Position numbers and translations under genes: made by a program
IMG/VR virus record: IMGVR_UViG_3300048856_000126
Location: 1 to 43,181 of that record
Strand: one strand, 5' to 3'
Source of the DNA: a virus
Lineage: Duplodnaviria > Caudoviricetes
DNA: 43,181 bases
In this document: positions 37,370 through 43,181 of the stretch, in pieces
Position numbering within the stretch: position 1 is the stretch's first letter
How the letters are laid out: each line of letters begins with the position of its first letter
The notes under the pieces: generated by a model
Seen by the model: the letters and a program-made list of their open reading frames with translations, nothing else
What the model was told of the DNA's origin: nothing
The model's database searches: none

Positions 37370-37785
37370 TGGACACGCCTCCCGCCCATGTAGATGCGCA
37401 CGCCGCGACCTGAGCGGATGGCGAGGCACTCGGGACAGTCGCCCTCGCGCTCCTCGCCGAGCCGGTCACTGGGGCCGATCTCGCCGCGACAGACGGGGAT
37501 CTCGGGTGCCAGCACGGCGCGGAGGTGAATGACGCCCAACCTGGGTGGCGGCGGGGCGGCTCGCAGTCGCAGCGGCCAGCAGACCTTGCACCGGTCGGCG
37601 ATGGCGGTAGTGCTGAGTGCGACCTGCGAGTAGCCCCACAAGAGGGCTCCACAGCCGGTCCCGCTCGGCGTGATGACACCTTCGTCGGTCTCCCACCAGG
37701 AGCCCATCCGATGGACCTTGCCGGAGTCGGGATTCACCCACGCCTCGTGATCACCATCGGCCTTCTGATCATCTGCGGTGTTCAT
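37366..37785 (-). CDS. double Zn-finger-like protein (block 6, first gene)
   Basis: TACTGT 6 nt before ATG; KVH..CG..CKVC and IH..C..CPEC. Confidence 0.7.
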   Translation of the reverse strand: MNTADDQKADGDHEAWVNPDSGKVHRMGSWWETDEGVITPSGTGCGALLWGYSQVALSTTAIADRCKVCWPLRLRAAPPPPRLGVIHLRAVLAPEIPVCRGEIGPSDRLGEEREGDCPECLAIRSGRGVRIYMGGRRVQ

Positions 37786-37835
37786 ACACCAACAGTACTC
37801 GGTGTACATACACCGCGCAAGCGAATCGAGGCCAC

Positions 37836-38513
37836 ATGCGCCGCTTCGTCGCCGCCACCCACAACCTGACCGAGGGCGACATCACCAACGCCGTCGCCGA
37901 CTCTCACCTCATCGCCCTGCAGGAGATCGACCGCCGCAAGGTCCGCGCCGGCCTCCACCGCCAGGAGTTCGCCAAGTTCTTCCCCCTACGCGACCGCCAC
38001 CAGTGCCTCGCCTGGCACCGCGACCTGTTCAAGCGCGACGGACGAGGCGCGACGATCCGGCTGCACAGGTCGGGGCGCGCGGAAGGCTGGCGAGGGATCC
38101 GCACACCGGCCCGCTACGTGCTGCGGCAGCGACTCGTGCACCGCGAGACCGGCCAGCGCGTCACGCTGTTCGGCGTCTGGCTCATCCCCTCGTGGGACCC
38201 GGCAACCGAGCGCGGCGAGGACCAGTTCACCGACGACCGCGAGCGCATCGCCGACAAGTCGCTGAGGAAGCTGGAACGGCTTGTCCAGGCCGAGCTCGAC
38301 CGCGACGCGGTGGTGATCCCGATGGGCGACTTCAACAGCATCTTCGGCCGGATCAACCTCGGCTTGCGATCCGCCTTCCGCGTCGGCCTCGACCGCGTCT
38401 TCTACTCCCCCGGCCTGCGCGCCATCAAGGAGTGGGAGGGGCCGAAGACCGGCGTCGGCGATGACATGCGCCACCACAGCCGACACGTCCTGTTCGAGAT
38501 CACCAAGGAGTAG
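37836..38513 (+). CDS. endonuclease/exonuclease/phosphatase (EEP) family protein
   Basis: THNL, ALQE, MGDFN, LDRVF, terminal HH. Confidence 0.8.
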   Translation: MRRFVAATHNLTEGDITNAVADSHLIALQEIDRRKVRAGLHRQEFAKFFPLRDRHQCLAWHRDLFKRDGRGATIRLHRSGRAEGWRGIRTPARYVLRQRLVHRETGQRVTLFGVWLIPSWDPATERGEDQFTDDRERIADKSLRKLERLVQAELDRDAVVIPMGDFNSIFGRINLGLRSAFRVGLDRVFYSPGLRAIKEWEGPKTGVGDDMRHHSRHVLFEITKE

Positions 38514-38515
38514 CC

Positions 38516-38716
38516 ATGACCCGCGAGCCCCTCGTCACCGCCGCCACCATCACCGCCCTCGTCACCGCACTGATCGGCCTGCTCGTCGCGTTCGGCGTCG
38601 ACCTGACCGACGACCAGCAGACCGCCGTGCTCGGCGTCGTCGCCGTCGTCGCGCCGCTGGTCGTGGCTCTGTTCACGCGCAGCAAGGTCACGCCCGTCAA
38701 GGACCCGCGGCTCTAG
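38516..38716 (+). CDS. holin (2 TM)
   Basis: REPLV...FGVDLTDDQQTAVL...RSKVTP. Confidence 0.8.
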   Translation: MTREPLVTAATITALVTALIGLLVAFGVDLTDDQQTAVLGVVAVVAPLVVALFTRSKVTPVKDPRL

Positions 38717-38718
38717 CC

Positions 38719-38838
38719 ATGTCCATCGGCGCCGCCTTCGTTCTCGGGCTGGGCCTCGGATATCTCATGCACCCGCTCTATGACATCGCGGCCCACCTGC
38801 TCGCCGGGCAGCCGCTCATCTACCCGCAGGAGTCCTAG
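38719..38838 (+). CDS. tiny membrane protein
   Basis: MSIGAAFVLGLGLGYL; TAGTG overlap. Confidence 0.45.
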   Translation: MSIGAAFVLGLGLGYLMHPLYDIAAHLLAGQPLIYPQES

Positions 38839-39491
38839 TGGCTGGCACGCACACCCTCAGCGGCGACGTGAAGACCCTCATCGGCACCGAGGACTTCACC
38901 CGACTCCGCGCCCGCGTCGAGATCCTCGGCAGTGGACGCGCGACCGACCCCGACACGGGCGAGACCAGGCTCGGCGGCATCGACGTCATCACCGCCGACT
39001 CGAACAGCACCGTGTTCGCCGTCGAGCTGCCGGACCCGACCTGGGACCCGTCGCCCTGGTACCGCCTCGTCGTCGACTACAACGCGCTCACGTCGAACAC
39101 GAAGGTCCCGACGTGGACCAGCGGCGAGTTCCAGATGGACGTCGACCGCACGCTCGCGGACCTGCCGGTTGAGGCACCGGTCGCGTTCGATCCCGCGACC
39201 TACGAGAACATCGAGACGTTCGCCGAACAGGCAGAGCAGGCGGCGGCCGTGGCTACCACTGCCGTTGCCGCCGCTCGCGTGGCGTCCTCGGTCACCTACT
39301 CAGGCGGACTGCCGGCGACCGAGACCATCCCGCTCGCTACCGGCGGCAACCTCGTGAAGACATACCACTGGGACGACGAGGGCAACCCGACCACCTGCGA
39401 CTGGAACTACCCAACCGGGCCCGACTATGTCGAGACCTTCACCTATGACGCCGACGGCAATGCCACCGGCTCGACATTCGCGGAGGCCTGA
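38838..39491 (+). CDS. probable tail-fibre/baseplate-associated protein
   Basis: AGGAG RBS; beta-rich N-terminus, C-terminal YD-like TFTYDADGN. Confidence 0.55.
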   Translation: MAGTHTLSGDVKTLIGTEDFTRLRARVEILGSGRATDPDTGETRLGGIDVITADSNSTVFAVELPDPTWDPSPWYRLVVDYNALTSNTKVPTWTSGEFQMDVDRTLADLPVEAPVAFDPATYENIETFAEQAEQAAAVATTAVAAARVASSVTYSGGLPATETIPLATGGNLVKTYHWDDEGNPTTCDWNYPTGPDYVETFTYDADGNATGSTFAEA

Positions 39492-39493
39492 CA

Positions 39494-40684
39494 ATGGCAC
39501 TCGATCCGATCACCCTGGCGGCTGCCGCCACCCGGGCGCGCACCATCGTCGCTCCCACCAAGCGCGCATTCTTCGTGCTCTCAACCACAGGTGGTGTCAC
39601 TACCGCCTCTCTCGGTCGTGGTGGCGACGGAGCGAACCCCCGCTTCGCAATCCGCCTCCCGGTCGCCACGACCCGCTGGCGGCTGCGAATCCGCAACTAC
39701 AACACCCGTGACGACATCCCCCAGGCCGGCCAAGTTGACTTCACCGGGGCGTGGATCGGCCCGGTGGCATCGATCGATACCGGCTGGGACGGGAAGTTCG
39801 CTGCGACCCCGACACAGGCGCTCACTGCGTTCACGACCGCCGACCTTCAAGACGAGCTGGTTACCGACTGGGTCACCGACCCTGCCGCCCAGACTGAGCC
39901 GAACCGACTCATGCAGGTCGGGTTTGGCTACATCGGAAACACGAGCGGGATGCTGATGTCCCGCGGTTACCAGGGGATGTTCTACACGTCGCAGAAGAAC
40001 GACGCGGGCGTCGCGGCCCCCAGTCCGCTCTTTCAGGCCGACGTCGGGGTGTTCGACGTCGTCTTCGAGTACGAAGCGAACACCGACGCGCCCCGGGTCC
40101 TCGTGGTCGCCGACAGCCTCACTCAGGGCCGCAACGCCTCCGGAGTTGCAGGTCTCGGTGGGGCTGGCTCCTGGTGCACGCTGTGGGGTTCGCGCTCCAA
40201 CGCACTTGTCACCAACGCCGCGCTCTCGGGGTCGACGCTGGAGAACTGGCAGAACACCTCCGCCTGGAAGCTCACCCGCTGGGCCGCTGCTGACTGGGAC
40301 GCGGTGGTGGTCGCCCTCGGCACGAACAACATCGAGAACGGCGACACGCTCGCAACCATCAAGACCCGGTATGCCGCCACCCTCTCCGCACTGAGGACCA
40401 CGGCCAGTTGCCAGCGGATCTTCGCGGGCACCATTCCGCCCCGGGTCTACTCGGGCGACGACGCGGCCAAACAGGTCATCCGTCTTGCGTTCAACGACTG
40501 GATCGAGACCCTCCCACTGGGCATCACGGGCACGTTCCGCATCGACCAGCCCGTCATCAACCCCGCGTCGACGAACACCCTGCTGCCGACCGTCAATACC
40601 GGCGACGGCACACACATCAACACCCTCGGTCAGTCGCGCATGGCGAACGTCGTCCCAAGCGTCGGGCCGCTGACTACGCGGTAG
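39494..40684 (+). CDS. SGNH/GDSL hydrolase
   Basis: ADSLTQG, NAALSG, LGTNN, DGTH. Confidence 0.85.
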   Translation: MALDPITLAAAATRARTIVAPTKRAFFVLSTTGGVTTASLGRGGDGANPRFAIRLPVATTRWRLRIRNYNTRDDIPQAGQVDFTGAWIGPVASIDTGWDGKFAATPTQALTAFTTADLQDELVTDWVTDPAAQTEPNRLMQVGFGYIGNTSGMLMSRGYQGMFYTSQKNDAGVAAPSPLFQADVGVFDVVFEYEANTDAPRVLVVADSLTQGRNASGVAGLGGAGSWCTLWGSRSNALVTNAALSGSTLENWQNTSAWKLTRWAAADWDAVVVALGTNNIENGDTLATIKTRYAATLSALRTTASCQRIFAGTIPPRVYSGDDAAKQVIRLAFNDWIETLPLGITGTFRIDQPVINPASTNTLLPTVNTGDGTHINTLGQSRMANVVPSVGPLTTR

Positions 40685-40728
40685 ACGAAATCGGGACTGG
40701 CTGGCCATGCCCAGAGAGGACTCGCGTC

Positions 40729-41007
40729 ATGCGCCTGTGGATCGACGACGTTCGCCCATCTCCGGCTGGATGGACTTGGGCCAAGAGTTCGGCGGCGGCA
40801 ATCTCCGCTCTCGCCGAACATGACGTCACTGAGGCGTCGTTCGATCACGACCTCGGCGGTGACGACACCTCCCGCCGCGTGGTGCTCTGGCTCTGCGAGC
40901 ACGAGGAACATTGGCCGACGGTGGTCCATGTCCATAGCGCCAACCCGGTTGGGGTCGAATGGCTGACCGGCATGATCAACCGCTACGGCCCGGGAATCAC
41001 TGCCTGA
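40729..41007 (+). CDS. cyclic-phosphate-processing receiver domain protein
   Basis: LWIDDVRP, SFDHDLG, VHSANPVG. Confidence 0.85.
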   Translation: MRLWIDDVRPSPAGWTWAKSSAAAISALAEHDVTEASFDHDLGGDDTSRRVVLWLCEHEEHWPTVVHVHSANPVGVEWLTGMINRYGPGITA

Positions 41008-41043
41008 TCGACTCACTAGGCCGGTTAAGCCCAACCAGCCCAC

Positions 41044-41084
41044 CGCCCCCGCGGCGCCTCTCCGGAGGTGTCGCGGGGGCGTTT
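41044..41084. terminator. terminator between convergent genes
   Basis: 17-bp stem CGCCCCCGCGGCGCCTC-TCCG-GAGGTGTCGCGGGGGCG then TTT. Confidence 0.75.
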
Positions 41085-41107
41085 CGTCATGCCTGAAGCC
41101 GACCGCT

Positions 41108-41344
41108 TCAACGACGCGGAATGAAGCCGGGCGGTGGCTCGAACGGCTCCAGCTGCTTCGCGTCGAGCACGTCCTGCACGTGCGACCCCTCGCGCTCCGA
41201 CCAGATCACGCGGCCCTTCCAGGGTGCGTCGCCGTCGCGGACCCATTCGAGGAGCAGTCCGGGGAAGCGGCCGGCGGAGGTAGTGACGAAGATGTGCTGG
41301 GGCGTCGTGTGGCCGTTGGTGCCTGTGCCGTCGGTGGCGCGCAT
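41108..41344 (-). CDS. small hypothetical protein
   Basis: PGLLLEW...WKGRVIW; starts 2 nt after the DUF6221 stop. Confidence 0.65.
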   Translation of the reverse strand: MRATDGTGTNGHTTPQHIFVTTSAGRFPGLLLEWVRDGDAPWKGRVIWSEREGSHVQDVLDAKQLEPFEPPPGFIPRR

Positions 41345-41346
41345 GG

Positions 41347-41688
41347 TTAGGGTCGCCAGGACTCGTCGAAGTCCGGGTGGTCGGCGTAGACCTCAGCCAT
41401 CATCTTCAACTGGTCCTCGTTCCAGGGGGCGTAGTCGCCCTCCATGAACGCGATCAGGTGGGAGATCTGGTTCCGCTTGGCCTCGCACTCGGCCAGCACG
41501 CGCTCTGGGCCAACTAGGACAGCCGGTACGCCGACATCCGGAAAGGACTGCAAGGTCATGTCCGGGATCTCGGGCGGGCGAACGTAGTTGATCCGGTCAC
41601 GCTCGGCGATCGCCTCGCGCGCCTGCGCCTCATCCTCACCGATCCGCGCCAACAGGAACTCGGTCAGCGATGTCGTAGCGTTGCTCAT
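41347..41688 (-). CDS. DUF6221-family protein (copy 2)
   Basis: LTEFLLARIGEDE...RVLAECEAKR...YADHPDFDESW; GGAGGTGG RBS. Confidence 0.85.
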   Translation of the reverse strand: MSNATTSLTEFLLARIGEDEAQAREAIAERDRINYVRPPEIPDMTLQSFPDVGVPAVLVGPERVLAECEAKRNQISHLIAFMEGDYAPWNEDQLKMMAEVYADHPDFDESWRP

Positions 41689-41759
41689 GGGTCCACCTCC
41701 AAGTGGATCAAGTGACGACCGCCGCCTCTGCCAAGACTCGGCGGTCGTTGCGTTCTCCG

Positions 41760-41813
41760 AGACTACCCCTCGCCACCGACACCCGCAGGACTGTCGGTGC
41801 TGGCGCCGACACT
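41760..41813. promoter_or_regulatory. back-to-back PafBC-type promoters
   Basis: minus 41781-41760 TGTCGG-TGGCGAGGGG-TAGTCT (exact); plus 41792-41813 TGTCGG-N10-GACACT, 7 nt before ATG. Confidence 0.7.
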
Positions 41814-41820
41814 CGACGTC

Positions 41821-42069
41821 ATGCTCTCCATCCGCGACCACATGGCACTGCAGCTCGCAGGCGAGACGTTCCGCTACCCCGCCGTCCGTGAGACCAGGGC
41901 GCTCGACGAGCTCGGCTACACGCCGACGCGGTACTGGCAGCGCGTCGACTGGCTGATCGGGCAGCCTGAGGCGGAGGTTGCGTATCCGGGGGTGGTGCGG
42001 CGGTTGCGGCGGTTGCGGGATGCGAGGGCGCGTCAGCGGAGCACTTCGCCAGCAACGACGTTCGCCTGA
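41821..42069 (+). CDS. DUF3263-family protein
   Basis: DELGYTPTRYWQRV...PEA..YPGVVRRLRRLR. Confidence 0.8.
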   Translation: MLSIRDHMALQLAGETFRYPAVRETRALDELGYTPTRYWQRVDWLIGQPEAEVAYPGVVRRLRRLRDARARQRSTSPATTFA

Positions 42070-43181
42070 GGACGCAGTAAGGCGTCGAGGCGGTCCGCAG
42101 ACTCATCGCTCATGCCATCGATCATTCGGCCATAGACGTCGATCGTCGTCTGGATCGACTCATGCCCGATGCGTCGCTGGATCTCGGGCAACGTGAGGCC
42201 GGCGGCGTGACAGATTGCCACATGGGTGTGCCGCAGCCAGTAGGGCGTCGGGGCCCGGTCCTGAAGGCCTGCCGCGGCGACAACCTTGGGCCAGTAGTGC
42301 CGCCCGAAGCTCGCCGGGGACCAGGGCTTCCCCGTCGTGGGGTGCGGGAACACCGGGGCGGTGATTCCCAGGCCAACGACTCGTCGGGCCAAGACCGCAG
42401 CACCCTCACCCAAGACTCGGATTCGCCGCCCCGCCGCCTCAGTCTTCCCGTCTTCGACAATGCCCTCACCTCGGCGATAGACACTCGCCATCGTGACGTA
42501 CACGCGCCCGTCGCCCATGACCTCGACGTAGCCGGCGCGCAGACCAAGAACCTCTCCTGGTCGCCACCCAGTCCCTGCCATGACCGCGATGACGTCGGCC
42601 GCATCGGTCTGTCCGGCCTTGGCGCCCGCGCTAAGCATCCGATGCAGTTCGGGGATCGACAGTCCGCGCGGCGGTCGCTTCTTGCGCTTCGGTAGGACGG
42701 TCTCAGTACACGGGTCGTTCGAGATCTTGCCGACGGTCCGCGACGAGGCCCACTTGAACATGCCGTGGAGCAGCGCGTGGTTCTTGGCGACCGCCTTGGC
42801 GCCGAGCTTCGGCCGGAGCACCTTGTTGACCCACTCCTGGACGTGGCGCTCGGTGACGAGCTCGGCATCGTGCCAGCCCAGGTGCTTGGCGATCCACTTC
42901 TCGTAGGCGCGGACGTAGTCGCGGTGACCCTCGGTGGTCATGTCTGGTCGCTTGACCTCCAGCCACTCCTCGAACAACTCGGCGACCGACGGGCCACGGT
43001 CCTTCTTCTGCTGCCCGATCTCCAGCGCATCTGCGGCGCCTACAGCCTCCACGAGCTTGCGGAACTTGTTGGCCGCCTTCTCAGTGGCGAACGTCTTCGA
43101 ACGCTGCCTGCCCTCGTGCTTGAACAGGACGGCGTAGGACACCTGCCCGTCCTTGCTAGCCCGCTTCCGGATGCTCGCCAT
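42033..43181 (-). CDS. int: tyrosine integrase
   Basis: TGWRPGE (R), GKT (K), YWLRHT, IGHES, DVYG (Y); N-terminal arm-binding domain. Confidence 0.95.
   Translation of the reverse strand: MASIRKRASKDGQVSYAVLFKHEGRQRSKTFATEKAANKFRKLVEAVGAADALEIGQQKKDRGPSVAELFEEWLEVKRPDMTTEGHRDYVRAYEKWIAKHLGWHDAELVTERHVQEWVNKVLRPKLGAKAVAKNHALLHGMFKWASSRTVGKISNDPCTETVLPKRKKRPPRGLSIPELHRMLSAGAKAGQTDAADVIAVMAGTGWRPGEVLGLRAGYVEVMGDGRVYVTMASVYRRGEGIVEDGKTEAAGRRIRVLGEGAAVLARRVVGLGITAPVFPHPTTGKPWSPASFGRHYWPKVVAAAGLQDRAPTPYWLRHTHVAICHAAGLTLPEIQRRIGHESIQTTIDVYGRMIDGMSDESADRLDALLRPQANVVAGEVLR

Larger units (their letters stand above)
37017..37814. promoter_or_regulatory. three GGTGTATGNACACC-type operators
   Basis: 37017-37030, 37777-37790, 37801-37814, each at a leaderless promoter. 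Confidence 0.7.
844..43181. mobile_element. temperate siphovirus prophage (other att just beyond window)
   Basis: att fragment, immunity, replication, packaging, head, tail, lysis genes and tyrosine integrase in phage order. Confidence 0.95.

Noticed and set aside
15588-40708. Long antisense ORFs (15588-16742, 22694-24031, 33541-34731, 39581-40708)
   Set aside because: Shadows of real high-GC genes with no recognisable motifs.
42039-42050. GAGCACTTCGCC, matching the predicted empty cassette site and in the TSP frame
   Set aside because: Lacks the final CG, has no partner L site and is constrained by the int overlap; may be chance.

Overview
Nearly complete (~42.3 kb) temperate siphovirus prophage of a high-GC actinobacterium (Nocardioides-like, inferred). 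It is integrated at the 3' end of ssrA (tmRNA): a displaced 23-bp tmRNA 3' end lies at 844-866 (-), followed by a host terminator and a host gene. Gene order: ImmA-like peptidase, repressor and Cro; a long early operon (HNHs, YqaJ exonuclease, C5 methyltransferase, Hjc-type resolvase, ParB-like protein, initiator with iterons); split terminase, head and tail genes; lysis genes; morons; tyrosine integrase at the right edge. Two unexpected layers were found. (1) Six accessory gene blocks are each bracketed by a conserved pair of short sites: a left site (TGAGCAC-NN-GGCCGA-NN-GTG) in the first codons and a right site (TCAC-NN-CGCCCG) in the last codons. They strictly alternate, keep a fixed reading frame and occur on both strands, suggesting a gene-cassette exchange system. 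(2) PafBC/RecA-NDp DNA-damage promoters (TGTCGG-N10-TA-N3-T) sit before the ImmA anti-repressor and the DUF6221/DUF3263 genes, suggesting LexA-independent induction. Protein family calls come from motif recognition by eye, not database searches.
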